Assembly (NCBI GenBank): GCA_046314355.1
Contig: JBKBWQ010000001.1
Span: 1,440,001 to 1,504,000 of the forward strand
DNA from: Candidatus Altimarinota bacterium
GTDB lineage: Bacteria > Patescibacteriota > Gracilibacteria > 1-14-2-50-48-13
Length of the DNA: 64,000 nucleotides
Direction of reading: 5' to 3'
The notes under the pieces are model-generated. The model was not told the DNA's origin. It saw nothing but the letters and a program-made list of their open reading frames with translations, and did no database searches. Below are positions 9,783-19,356 of this stretch, in pieces. The position numbers were made by a program, and so were the translations under genes. The first letter of the stretch is position 1. Each line of letters starts with the position of its first letter.

Positions 9783-10328
9783 ATGAAATTTATCTTTGAA
9801 CCGCAAAATATCCCTGAAGTTATACTTATTACTCCTACGAGATTTCAGGATGAACGTGGATTTTTTATGGAGAGTTATCATAAAGAGGCATTTGCGGAAG
9901 GCGGCATCAATGTTGAATTTGTACAGGATAATCATTCCAGATCCAGCAAAGGCGTATTGAGAGGTATGCATTTTCAGAAAGGAGCTCATGCTCAGGGAAA
10001 GCTTGTACGTGCAACTCAGGGAGAAATATTTGATGTCGCAGTGGATATCAGAAAAGATTCTCCAACATACGGCAATTGGGTAGGAGTTTTACTTTCAGTT
10101 GAGAATGCCCAGATGCTCTACGTCCCTGCAGGATTTGCTCACGGATTTATGGTTACGAGTGAATGGGCAGAGGTACAGTATAAAGCGACAAATTTTTATC
10201 ATCCTGAGTCAGAAGGAGGCCTGCTTTGGAATGATCCTGAAGTAGGAGTGATATGGCCTGCTATTGAAAATCCGACCATTGCTCCAAGGGATGCTGCATG
10301 GCCGGTACTCAAAGATATCACTGAGTAA
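9783..10328 (+). CDS. rfbC: dTDP-4-dehydrorhamnose 3,5-epimerase
   Basis: DERGFFME, FVQDNHSRS, LRGMHFQ, VPAGFAHGF. Confidence 0.97.
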   Translation: MKFIFEPQNIPEVILITPTRFQDERGFFMESYHKEAFAEGGINVEFVQDNHSRSSKGVLRGMHFQKGAHAQGKLVRATQGEIFDVAVDIRKDSPTYGNWVGVLLSVENAQMLYVPAGFAHGFMVTSEWAEVQYKATNFYHPESEGGLLWNDPEVGVIWPAIENPTIAPRDAAWPVLKDITE

Positions 10329-10331
10329 GAA

Positions 10332-11171
10332 TTATTTTCTTGAAAGAAAATCAAATAGCTCATCCCTCCAGTCGGGTATCTCGATTTGGAGGTCATGAGC
10401 TATTTTTGAATTATCCATAGCTGAGAATGTTGGTCTTTTGGCAGGCAGATTCCAGGTAGTGATTGAGACTTCTTCAATGCTTTTCTTCATACCTTTTATC
10501 TTTAGAATCTCTCTTGCCCAGTCTGCTCTTGAGCAATATCCAGAGTTTACTACGTGATAAAGACCCGAAAGGTCTTTATCGAGAGCTTTTAAAGTAAGCT
10601 CCACTAGTAGTCTCGTGGATGTGGGTACGGATATCTCATCAAAGGTGCCGGGAAGTATGTCCTTCTGCTCAGCATTTTTTAAAAATTTGAAGATGAAATT
10701 CTGTTCTCCATCTCCGTACACCCAGCTGGTTCTTAGTACAAGATGTTCTGGGTAGACAAGAACCTCCTGCTCACCGTGAGCTTTGCTTTTGCCATATTCA
10801 TTGAGAGGCTGCTGAGGATCTTCTTCGGTATAGAGCGTCTTTTTATTGCCGTCGAATACGTAATCACTTCCATAATGTACAAGTTTTGCACCGTATTCAT
10901 GGGCAAACTGTGCAAGCTTCTTAAGCGCTTCACTATTTGTTTTGTAGGAATCTATTTTTCCTTCATTTTCAGCCTTATCTACAAGGTTATATGCAGATGT
11001 ATTGATGATGTGAGTGGGCTTTACTGATAATATTAGTTTTTCCAACGCAGATGTGTCTGTGATGTCACACTCGCTATGCCCAACTGCGGTATAAGAAATA
11101 TTTCGTTCAATAAGCTCTTTTTCAAATGCTTTTCCAAGCTGCCCGTTTTTACCGATGAGAAGGATATTCAT
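10332..11171 (-). CDS. rfbD: dTDP-4-dehydrorhamnose reductase
   Basis: GKNGQLG, SDYVFDG, YGKSK, RTSWVY, PAKRP. Confidence 0.95.
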   Translation of the reverse strand: MNILLIGKNGQLGKAFEKELIERNISYTAVGHSECDITDTSALEKLILSVKPTHIINTSAYNLVDKAENEGKIDSYKTNSEALKKLAQFAHEYGAKLVHYGSDYVFDGNKKTLYTEEDPQQPLNEYGKSKAHGEQEVLVYPEHLVLRTSWVYGDGEQNFIFKFLKNAEQKDILPGTFDEISVPTSTRLLVELTLKALDKDLSGLYHVVNSGYCSRADWAREILKIKGMKKSIEEVSITTWNLPAKRPTFSAMDNSKIAHDLQIEIPDWRDELFDFLSRK

Positions 11172-11175
11172 AACG

Positions 11176-11823
11176 TTATGAAATGGATAAATTCTGTAAT
11201 TCTTTTATGCGTGCCTTAAATGGTTTTGTAATTATCGCGTGTGCTTTGATATAAACGATAATATCCTTCATATGCTGTACCATTTTTGGGTACTTTTCTT
11301 CAAGCATAGGGTAAAAAAACTCTTCTGTTCCTTTTATCATTCTCTGCTTCTTACTTCTCTTCGGCTGTACATAGGTAGAGTAGAGATTTGCGATGCGGTC
11401 GCAGGACTTGTGAAAGAGACATGCAGGACGTGCCAGAAGACGTTTCTGGTAATCTTCGACGCTCATCCTCGCACCTCCCTCAGTATGAGAAAGTGCCCGT
11501 ACATTATCAGCTACCTCGGTACCGAATAATTCTGCAATCTCATCGTAAGAGGTCTCCGTATCTTCAATAGTATCATGCAGCAGGAGAGTTACTATATCAT
11601 CTGCATTGCCTTTATTCTCATAAGCAATCAGGGCTGCGAGTACGCAGTGAGAAATGTAAGGAGTTCCTTCGTCCCGCTGCTGCGCATGATGTTTCTTTGT
11701 AGCAAAGGTGAGCGCTTTCTCTATGGTTTTCTGTTCTTTTTTTGAAAAAGAGACGATCGCTTCCTTGAGCTTCTCTTCTATTTTTTCCGGATATAATACT
11801 ATCTTAAAATACTCTGAATTCAT
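11176..11823 (-). CDS. HD-domain small alarmone hydrolase (SpoT/Mesh1-like (p)ppGpp hydrolase)
   Basis: H..QQRDEGTPYISH, LLHDTIEDT, K.CDRIANL; no synthetase domain. Confidence 0.85.
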   Translation of the reverse strand: MNSEYFKIVLYPEKIEEKLKEAIVSFSKKEQKTIEKALTFATKKHHAQQRDEGTPYISHCVLAALIAYENKGNADDIVTLLLHDTIEDTETSYDEIAELFGTEVADNVRALSHTEGGARMSVEDYQKRLLARPACLFHKSCDRIANLYSTYVQPKRSKKQRMIKGTEEFFYPMLEEKYPKMVQHMKDIIVYIKAHAIITKPFKARIKELQNLSIS

Positions 11824-11913
11824 AAATCTGCTCGAAATCTAATATATAAAGTCTTTGAAAATACGTACTTTATCATACAGTTCTAGTTGTTGAGATCAAT
11901 CTCATTATTTGGA

Positions 11914-12798
11914 TTATCCGTGTTGGATGACTAGTGTTTTGTGAGAAGATTCTATTTTTTCTGAAAGGAGCTCTTCTACAGTGACAAATGTGTAGCCTTG
12001 TTCTTTAAGGATGGGAATGAGAGTAGAAACTGTATCAACGCTTGTGGCATGTATGTCGTGGAGTAGAATGATATCTCTATCTTTTACGTGTTTGAGAATA
12101 TACTCCTGAATATAGGTACTGTCATGGTGCTGCCAGTCTTTTGTGTCGATGCTCCAGAGAACAAGATCATATGTGCTCCATTGTTCTAGGGCTTTATTCA
12201 GGGTACCGTAAGGGGGTCTCAAAAATAGAGGTATTCGCTTTGTAAGGCGCTCTATAACTTCATCGGTTTGTCGAATCTCTTTTAATAACTGCTCTTGAGA
12301 GAGTTTAGTAAGGTCTTTATGATCCCAGGAATGATTTTCGATTTCATGACCTTCTGCAAAGGCTCTTTTTATAATCTCGGGATGGGCTTCTGCATTTTTA
12401 CCAAGGACAAAAAAGGTAGCTTTTACACGCTCTGTTTTGAGAATATCTAAAAGACGAGGTGTTTCTTTTTTGCTTGGACCATCATCAAATGTCAGCGCAA
12501 TGAGCTTCGTACCTGTAGAAGTAAGAGTGGGTGCAGAGGTATGGAAAATCCGCATATTTGGTCTAAACCGGGGCTCCACAGGAATATTTACGTAAAAAAG
12601 CGGTGCTTGTTTTTTAGGGGCAGTGGTATTTGCGGGGAGCTCTGCTGGAAGAGAATAAAAGTATCTAGCAGCTTCCACATACTCATGCATATGTTCACTA
12701 TGCTGATTCCCTAGAAGAAAAAGAGCTGCAATACTAAGAAAAAGGGACATACGGAGAGGAAAATTAGATCTTCCTATAAGTATATCCCTTAGTCTCAC
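11914..12798 (-). CDS. Polysaccharide/peptidoglycan deacetylase (CE4, NodB domain), membrane-anchored
   Basis: ALTFDDGP, ENHSWDH, RPPYG, IILLHD. Confidence 0.93.
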   Translation of the reverse strand: MRLRDILIGRSNFPLRMSLFLSIAALFLLGNQHSEHMHEYVEAARYFYSLPAELPANTTAPKKQAPLFYVNIPVEPRFRPNMRIFHTSAPTLTSTGTKLIALTFDDGPSKKETPRLLDILKTERVKATFFVLGKNAEAHPEIIKRAFAEGHEIENHSWDHKDLTKLSQEQLLKEIRQTDEVIERLTKRIPLFLRPPYGTLNKALEQWSTYDLVLWSIDTKDWQHHDSTYIQEYILKHVKDRDIILLHDIHATSVDTVSTLIPILKEQGYTFVTVEELLSEKIESSHKTLVIQHG

Positions 12799-12850
12799 TT
12801 TCTCTCAATAGTCTCTTATTGCGGAAATATGAGACTAGTATGGAGTGTTA

Positions 12851-13483
12851 TTAGTTGATTTCAACTACAACATCTTCTTTTGGATAGCGCATTTTTGCTC
12901 GAAGAGCTGAGTGATCTTCGTCACTTCTGTAGCCTACTGGACAAATTGCGCGGATTTTGTATCCGTCTACTACAGATCCTAATATTCTCTCAAACTCTTC
13001 TTTATTGAATCCTTCCATAGGACAAGCATCGATTTCCTTAAGAGCAGCTACTGTTAAAAGGTTGCCAAGTGCAATATAGATCTGATTTGCGTTCCAGAGT
13101 TCTACCTGCTCAGGAGTCATTCTATCCCGAGCACCTGTTACTACACTTTTTAGACCTTCAAGCACTGCACTTTCTATACCCTGTGCCTGTGCCGTACTCT
13201 CAATAAACTTTATAATGTCAGCATCGCTGATTTCTTTCTTACTTGCAAGAACGATGAGGTGAGAAGCGTCAGTAACCTGAGACTGTCCCCATGCATGTTC
13301 TCTGAGCTGCTGGCGGATCTCAGGATTGCGTACCACTATAAATTTCCATGGCTGTAGACCGAAAGATGATGCTGTAAGGCGTAGTGCTTCAAGAAGTTCA
13401 TTGAAATCCTCCTCAGAAAGTTTTTTTGACGGATCAAAGGTTTTTGTCGCATATCTCCATTCAAGACTTTTAATTATGTTCAT
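12851..13483 (-). CDS. Nitroreductase (NfsB/NfnB-like NAD(P)H-dependent oxidoreductase)
   Basis: WRYATKTFD, ASSFGLQPWKF, IDACPMEGF. Confidence 0.93.
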   Translation of the reverse strand: MNIIKSLEWRYATKTFDPSKKLSEEDFNELLEALRLTASSFGLQPWKFIVVRNPEIRQQLREHAWGQSQVTDASHLIVLASKKEISDADIIKFIESTAQAQGIESAVLEGLKSVVTGARDRMTPEQVELWNANQIYIALGNLLTVAALKEIDACPMEGFNKEEFERILGSVVDGYKIRAICPVGYRSDEDHSALRAKMRYPKEDVVVEIN

Positions 13484-13502
13484 ATTCCAAATTAATAAAT
13501 AG

Positions 13503-13523
13503 TTACTTACATATAGTAAGTAA
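13503..13523. promoter_or_regulatory. Palindromic operator candidate upstream of the nitroreductase
   Basis: TTACTTAC-N5-GTAAGTAA, 20-40 bp upstream of the start at 13483. Confidence 0.6.
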
Positions 13524-13547
13524 ATTGAAAGGAGATGTAAAGAGCTT

Positions 13548-14018
13548 TTAAGAAAGAATATTTACTGAATCTTTTGTGCTACTCAGTGCTGTCTTTATCT
13601 TTTCTTTTATCTCAACCTTTGTATTGTCTGCAGTAGCATTGATTTTTGCAAGGTACACATGAAGACCATGGTATGTCAGAATCTCCTTAGGTTCCTTGTG
13701 GGGGACACGTTTATCATGAAAAGCTACAGCATTGATGGTGTTATGTTCTTGAAGAGTACGACCGATATATGCGCTTTCATACTTTTTCTTATCCTGATTG
13801 TAGATACATATAAGGCTGCCTACGGCATCTTCAAGCTTTAGTTTTGTCAGATCAAATCTATAGGATGGCATTCCTGTATTATCAGGATCATCTATTTCAG
13901 TAATGGGATCATTCTCATGCAGAGCTAGGAAATATTCCTGTTGGTGCATACTCATTTTTTCCACCATATCAGATAGCTCAAAATCTGCGGAGGATGAATT
14001 ATTGATTCGGTTGTTCAT
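13548..14018 (-). CDS. Hypothetical protein
   Basis: 156-aa ORF; upstream TTGCAA-16-TAATGT promoter-like site (14073-14046). Confidence 0.7.
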   Translation of the reverse strand: MNNRINNSSSADFELSDMVEKMSMHQQEYFLALHENDPITEIDDPDNTGMPSYRFDLTKLKLEDAVGSLICIYNQDKKKYESAYIGRTLQEHNTINAVAFHDKRVPHKEPKEILTYHGLHVYLAKINATADNTKVEIKEKIKTALSSTKDSVNILS

Positions 14019-14148
14019 AAAAATCGTCTAAAAAATAGCGTGAACACATTAGTGGTCTGTAAGTTTTTTGCAAGATAACATTATTAAGATTGTCTTCTCT
14101 CAAAGAATTCTCTACAATAGCCTTTGTTTATACTGATTGATCGTAAGC

Positions 14149-15681
14149 ATGGTAACTACCAGAAAAATCCTTTCCAATACCTTTGCGCAGATTGTAGGAA
14201 AAGTGGGACTATCACTGCTTGGATTTCTCTCAGCAAAATTGGTCGCAGTCTACCTTACTCTCCCTGAGAGAGGTCATTATGAGTATGCATTCAATTTTCT
14301 CGCACTAGCAGGTACCTTTGCAGATATGGGACTGTATACTATTGCAATACGCGAGTATTCAAAAAAAGAAGAGCCAGCTGAAAAGGTTTTAGGAAATATT
14401 CTTTCCATACGAAATGCTTTAAGTATTTTAGTACTCACAATTGCTTTGATACTGTTATTGATCGTTCCTTCTTTTAGAGAGCGGGGACCGACATTTATAG
14501 TAGCAGTGCTTCTTGCTGGAGGGGCAATGATGCTCTCACTTTTGAATGGAACTATCACTGGTGTACTGCAGGCCGAGTACAAGATGAAACAAGCATCATT
14601 TTCTCAAGTATTGGGGAAGATACTCAATATTCTACTCATGGCGCTGGGTATTTTTGCGTTATTTCCTAAAAATTCTCCTGGAGAGCCTGTAAGTTTCTGG
14701 GGATTTGAGTGGCTCTATTTTGCTGCTCTGTTAGGGAATCTGGCAATGTATATGTATACACGTCACCAGGTAAAAAAGATTTTGCCCATCAAATACAGAT
14801 TTGACTGGGATTACTGGAAAAAGCTTTTTAAGGATGCTTTTCCATATGGACTTGCACTGACACTCGGACTTTTCTATTTTAAAATCGATGTCCTTCTGAT
14901 TCCAGCCTTTATGTCCAAGGAGCTTGCAGATCAGCAGATCGCGATTTATGTGGGTGCCGTGAAGATTCTTGAAAATGTAAGCATCATTCCTCTTTTCTTT
15001 CTGAATGCACTGCTACCTCTGATGCTTAGTCTTATAAAAGAGAAAAACTATGAGAAACTGAGAGCTGTGATCCAGTCCTCATTTGATCTGCTTTTCATGA
15101 TGTCGGCTCCTCTTGTGATCGCAACATATATCTTGGCATATCCGATTATTTTTGTGACAAATAAAGGAGACTATCTTTCCAATCTTTCAGCAGGATTTTT
15201 CGGATCGGATATCATTCTTCAGATTGTTATCTTTTCAGTGTTTTTCTCATATCTGAATCTTCTATTCAACTTTCTTCTTGTCGCTCAGGGGTCACAAAAG
15301 AGACTTATCTATATCAATGGTCTCACGCTTTTATTTAATTTGGTGAGTAATATCCTATTTATACCAAAGTTTGGAATCGTTGCGTGTGCTGTGAATACTG
15401 TTATTTGTGAATTTATTGTCCTTGTGTGTACATATCATTTCTCAAAGCAGGGAATAGAGTTCCGTATAGGAATGAGTAGAGTAATCAGGATACTTATTGC
15501 TGCCTTATTTATGGGTGGAGTGCTTATGATGACAAAGGAATGGTTTGTGGTGAATTTTGGATCACTGATTGGACTAGCACTACTATTTATACAGGCATGT
15601 ATGGTGTATGGTATTATATTGATAGCACTGAAAGTCATCAATAAAGATATTATGCGTCTTCTAAAAAGGACTGAAGATTAA
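14149..15681 (+). CDS. Polysaccharide flippase (Wzx/MOP superfamily)
   Basis: About 14 TM segments, RKILSNTFAQ, DMGLYTIAIRE, YFKIDVLL, NILFIPKFG; TTGTCT-17-TACAAT promoter at 14090-14118. Confidence 0.88.
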   Translation: MVTTRKILSNTFAQIVGKVGLSLLGFLSAKLVAVYLTLPERGHYEYAFNFLALAGTFADMGLYTIAIREYSKKEEPAEKVLGNILSIRNALSILVLTIALILLLIVPSFRERGPTFIVAVLLAGGAMMLSLLNGTITGVLQAEYKMKQASFSQVLGKILNILLMALGIFALFPKNSPGEPVSFWGFEWLYFAALLGNLAMYMYTRHQVKKILPIKYRFDWDYWKKLFKDAFPYGLALTLGLFYFKIDVLLIPAFMSKELADQQIAIYVGAVKILENVSIIPLFFLNALLPLMLSLIKEKNYEKLRAVIQSSFDLLFMMSAPLVIATYILAYPIIFVTNKGDYLSNLSAGFFGSDIILQIVIFSVFFSYLNLLFNFLLVAQGSQKRLIYINGLTLLFNLVSNILFIPKFGIVACAVNTVICEFIVLVCTYHFSKQGIEFRIGMSRVIRILIAALFMGGVLMMTKEWFVVNFGSLIGLALLFIQACMVYGIILIALKVINKDIMRLLKRTED

Positions 15682-15691
15682 TCTGATTACT

Positions 15692-16534
15692 ATGTTTCCT
15701 CTCAAAAAAATATTCAAGTTTCTCACCACTGCTTTTAACCGGTGGAATGAGCATGAAGCCACTTCTATGGCTGCATCTCTTTCCTATTTTGCCATATTTT
15801 CCATCGCGCCGCTGCTGGTCATGATGCTGGGTATTGCAGGGTTAGTATTTGATCAGGCATATGTGCAGACGCAGATTCTCGCATACCTTGCAGCACTCCT
15901 TGGTGCTCAGGCATCTACACTTATTGGAGATCTGCTGCTTACACAGCTCAATCCAACCACGAGCTACTTTGCCCTCATCTTTGGTATCGTCACTTTGATA
16001 TTGGGTGCTACTGGTATTGTGGGACAGCTCCAGAATATTCTCAATAAAATCTGGGAAATCCCGGGAAACAAGCGAAGCGGTGTAGGGTATCTCATTAAAA
16101 GTAAGATTGCTGCAGTGATTCTTGTCTTTGTACTCGCTGTGCTTTTGATTGTATCCATACTACTGAGCACATTTGTCTCATATCTCAATAGCTATCTGCC
16201 CCTCTATATGGCAGTGGTTCCTCTTTCTGATACTTTACTGACATTGTTTTTTCTGACATTATTCTTTATTATAGTATTTGGATATCTTCCGCATCGAAAG
16301 CCAAATCTGCTGAAAGTATTACCTGGTGCTCTAATAACTGCGATCCTTATTTTCTTAGGGAAGTATGCAGTCAGTATCTATCTCTCATCGAGTAAATCTA
16401 TTTCCGCCTTTGGAGCAGCAAGTGCTCTTGTGATCTTGCTTCTATGGATCTACTTTATGAGTCTTCTCATCCTCTTTGGAGCTGAGATTACACGTATGCT
16501 GGAGGAAAGAAGCACTACGCCCGCAACTACATAA
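15692..16534 (+). CDS. YihY/virulence factor BrkB family membrane protein
   Basis: AASLSYFAIFSIAP, LNKIW, FGAASALVILLLWIY...ILFGAE. Confidence 0.92.
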   Translation: MFPLKKIFKFLTTAFNRWNEHEATSMAASLSYFAIFSIAPLLVMMLGIAGLVFDQAYVQTQILAYLAALLGAQASTLIGDLLLTQLNPTTSYFALIFGIVTLILGATGIVGQLQNILNKIWEIPGNKRSGVGYLIKSKIAAVILVFVLAVLLIVSILLSTFVSYLNSYLPLYMAVVPLSDTLLTLFFLTLFFIIVFGYLPHRKPNLLKVLPGALITAILIFLGKYAVSIYLSSSKSISAFGAASALVILLLWIYFMSLLILFGAEITRMLEERSTTPATT

Positions 16535-16556
16535 TTTATTCTTCTTATAAGACTCT

Positions 16557-17282
16557 ATGACTTACTTCCGAACAATAATTACTCCGCTGTTACTACTTAC
16601 TCTCATGGTATCATGTGGTGTAAACGGCGATAATCTGCAGTCATCAGTGAGCGGGAATAAAGTAGCGCAAACACCTGCCAAGGTCCAAACCTATGATACC
16701 CTTACTGTATTTTTCTCAAAAAAATCAGCTGTTGCTAATGCAAATGACTGTAGTGCCGTAGTAAGTGTCTCGGAAAGAGTATTAGATAAGGCGACACCAC
16801 AGCGCGCATTATTAAAGCTTCTGCAGGGACCTACTGCAGCACAGCAGGATGCTACATCTTTTTTCTCAGTTAAAACAGCAGGACTCTTAAAGTCAGTGAA
16901 AATAGATAAAGATACAGTCTACGTAGACTTTAGAGATATGAGAAATATTATTCCAAATGCAAGTACAAGCTGCGGAAGCCAGTCACTTCTTGCTCAGCTT
17001 GATACGACTTTGAAGAATTTTCCAAATGTGAAGAAAACCATTTATGCGATTGAGGGTAGTCCAACAACGTTTTATGAGTGGCTTCAGATAGGATGTACAG
17101 CTGAAAATAACAATTGTGATGCTAGTGCTTTTAAGCCTGCTGCAAATCAGAACAGCAATAAAAAAGGAGGCATCTGTATCGACAAATGCGGAGATAACAA
17201 GTGCCAGGAAGTAGTATGTACTGGATCTGGATGTCCTTGTCCCGAGAGTGCAAAGAGCTGTGCTATGGATTGTAAAGGATAG
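16557..17282 (+). CDS. Lipoprotein with GerMN domain and Cys-rich C-terminal tail
   Basis: Lipobox MVSC, LLQGPT, VYVDF, QLDTTLKNFPNVK; tail CIDKCGDNKCQ...CPCPE..SC..DC. Confidence 0.8.
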   Translation: MTYFRTIITPLLLLTLMVSCGVNGDNLQSSVSGNKVAQTPAKVQTYDTLTVFFSKKSAVANANDCSAVVSVSERVLDKATPQRALLKLLQGPTAAQQDATSFFSVKTAGLLKSVKIDKDTVYVDFRDMRNIIPNASTSCGSQSLLAQLDTTLKNFPNVKKTIYAIEGSPTTFYEWLQIGCTAENNNCDASAFKPAANQNSNKKGGICIDKCGDNKCQEVVCTGSGCPCPESAKSCAMDCKG

Positions 17283-17291
17283 CAGAGGAAT

Positions 17292-17330
17292 AAAAAAGAA
17301 GCGTCAGACAAATTGTCTGACGCTTTTCTT
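17292..17330. terminator. Bidirectional intrinsic terminator
   Basis: AAGCGTCAGACA-aat-TGTCTGACGCTT flanked by A/T tracts. Confidence 0.85.
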
Positions 17331-17341
17331 GAAAGAGAGAG

Positions 17342-17953
17342 TTAGAATTTCCTCTCCAGCACGATCCGCGCATCTTGATAAATCGTATTATGATCAATCG
17401 ACAATGCATCAGAGGCTTTTATCTCTCCAATGGCATAGAGAGGAAACATTATTTCCGGACCAAGTTCAAAGGAAGTAAGATTCCTTATTACTAAGTGTAT
17501 TCCTAAGAAAAGTTCTTCAGCACTTGGATGGTTAAATAAAAATTCAAACCTCGTGGCATTTTTTACGAGCAGTGGAAAATATTCCATCTCTACTTCTGTA
17601 AAAAAATTCTGATCTCGGGATGAGAATTTGCTTTTTCCTTCCAGGAGAAGTAAAGGGGATACAGAGGAAACAGGAAAACCTATTTCTCCAGCTCCGATTC
17701 CTAAACTTAGGTAGAGATGTTCAGTTGGATGCCAACCGAAACCAATACTTCCATAGGTGAGGTTCTCTTTAGGTGAGCCGGTCATTTCATATGATAACTC
17801 CATATCCAGTTCGAATGGAGTGTTTTCTAACTCTTTTTCAAGGACTATCCGGGATGTGAGTCCCGAAGATTCTGTTTTGTTCTCTTCTGCATATGCTGGG
17901 CTTGATGCCCACACAGCAAATAGTGAAGCAAGCACAATAATAATTCTATACAT
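17342..17953 (-). CDS. Secreted hypothetical protein, beta-strand rich, ending in Phe
   Basis: Signal peptide (AYA-EE), alternating amphipathic strands, terminal RKF. Confidence 0.65.
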   Translation of the reverse strand: MYRIIIVLASLFAVWASSPAYAEENKTESSGLTSRIVLEKELENTPFELDMELSYEMTGSPKENLTYGSIGFGWHPTEHLYLSLGIGAGEIGFPVSSVSPLLLLEGKSKFSSRDQNFFTEVEMEYFPLLVKNATRFEFLFNHPSAEELFLGIHLVIRNLTSFELGPEIMFPLYAIGEIKASDALSIDHNTIYQDARIVLERKF

Positions 17954-18000
17954 GTTTTTATTTTTCCTTTCTAACGTATTTTTATGTGCACTCGCATTCT

Positions 18001-18038
18001 AAAAAACCCGCTGGAAAAAGCAATTCCTAGCGGGTTTT
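18001..18038. terminator. Intrinsic terminator (hflX)
   Basis: AAAACCCGCT.GGAA...TTCC.AGCGGGTTTT. Confidence 0.75.
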
Positions 18039-18058
18039 CAGGTTTACATAACTCTATA

Positions 18059-19156
18059 TTAGAGTCTCTCCTCTATCTTTTTCTTCAATTCTTCTATTCC
18101 ATCCTTTGAATAAGTGGAGATGAAAATAGGATTGAGATCAGCAAATTCGTCCTCAAGCTCCTGTCTTCGCTCTGCTGAAATGAGATCAATCTTGTTGAAT
18201 ACATAGAGCATCGGCTTATCAAAGATTTCGATTTGACCAAGGACATCATGTACTACTGCCATTTTCTCTACAATCTTTGGATCGCTGCAGTCAAGGACGT
18301 GCAGGAGAAAATCAGCATGTATTGTCTCTTCAAGTGTAGATCTGAAGGAATTGATAAGCGTAGTGGGGAGGTCCTGTATAAACCCAATCGTATCTGAGAC
18401 AAGAATCTCTTTGCCGGATCCCTGGAAATAGATCTTACCGACACGGGTATCAAGTGTTGCAAAGAGTTTGTCAGCCACATAGGCACCCTTCTTTGTAAGC
18501 GTATTGATGAGACTGCTCTTTCCAGCATTCGTGTAGCCGATTATGCCAACTGTCTGGAGACCTTTGCGTTTCCGTGCATTCATCTGAAGCTCCCGATGCC
18601 GTTTGCATTCTTCCAGATCCTGCATGACTTTCCGTTCCTGCTCCTTTAGATGACGTTTCATCACCTCCGTATTTGTCTCTCCCTGACCTCGGGAAGTACC
18701 TACACCACCCTGCTGTGAGAGTTCCATACCCATTCGAAAGATTCGTGGTCCCATGTGCTTCAGAGAGGCGAGACGTATTTCTAGCTGAGCTTCTTTGGTA
18801 GAGGCATGCTTCTGAAATATTTTTAGAATGAGATCTATTCTGTCCCATACCTGCATCTCAGATTCACCCTTGCGGAGCACTTCGCTTACATTCCAGATCT
18901 GCTGAGGCTTCATCTCGTTGTTGATGATGAGGATATTTGCACCAAGTGCCTTTCCTTCATACATGAGCTCGTCGAGTTTACCAGTCCCGATATAGGTCTG
19001 ATAATTTGGTATCAGCTTCCTCTGGATGGATTTGAGGATCACAAGTCCTCCATATGTCGAGACAAGGCTTTCAGCCTCGCTCAATCTAAATGCTGCGTCC
19101 TCCTTGGACATATCCGGAGGAATACAGTCTATAAGTATTGCTTTTAATTCTTGCAT
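18059..19156 (-). CDS. hflX: GTPase HflX
   Basis: YIGTGK, DRIDLILKIF, GQGET, GYTNAGKS, LFATLD, DTIGF, NKID. Confidence 0.97.
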   Translation of the reverse strand: MQELKAILIDCIPPDMSKEDAAFRLSEAESLVSTYGGLVILKSIQRKLIPNYQTYIGTGKLDELMYEGKALGANILIINNEMKPQQIWNVSEVLRKGESEMQVWDRIDLILKIFQKHASTKEAQLEIRLASLKHMGPRIFRMGMELSQQGGVGTSRGQGETNTEVMKRHLKEQERKVMQDLEECKRHRELQMNARKRKGLQTVGIIGYTNAGKSSLINTLTKKGAYVADKLFATLDTRVGKIYFQGSGKEILVSDTIGFIQDLPTTLINSFRSTLEETIHADFLLHVLDCSDPKIVEKMAVVHDVLGQIEIFDKPMLYVFNKIDLISAERRQELEDEFADLNPIFISTYSKDGIEELKKKIEERL

Positions 19157-19356
19157 ATAGTCGTTTTAATAATCAAAATATTTTGTACGTCTCTTAATTC
19201 TTCATGATCGTGGAAAAAATCTAAACAGTAAGAATTGTAGAGGAGAAATTGAGATTTGTATAGAAAAAAGGAGTGGGTCTACAATAGAGAGATGTCTTCT
19301 AGTTGTATAAGAGATGAGAGTGTTGTAAAATGATAGTAAATTACTTATTAGACATT

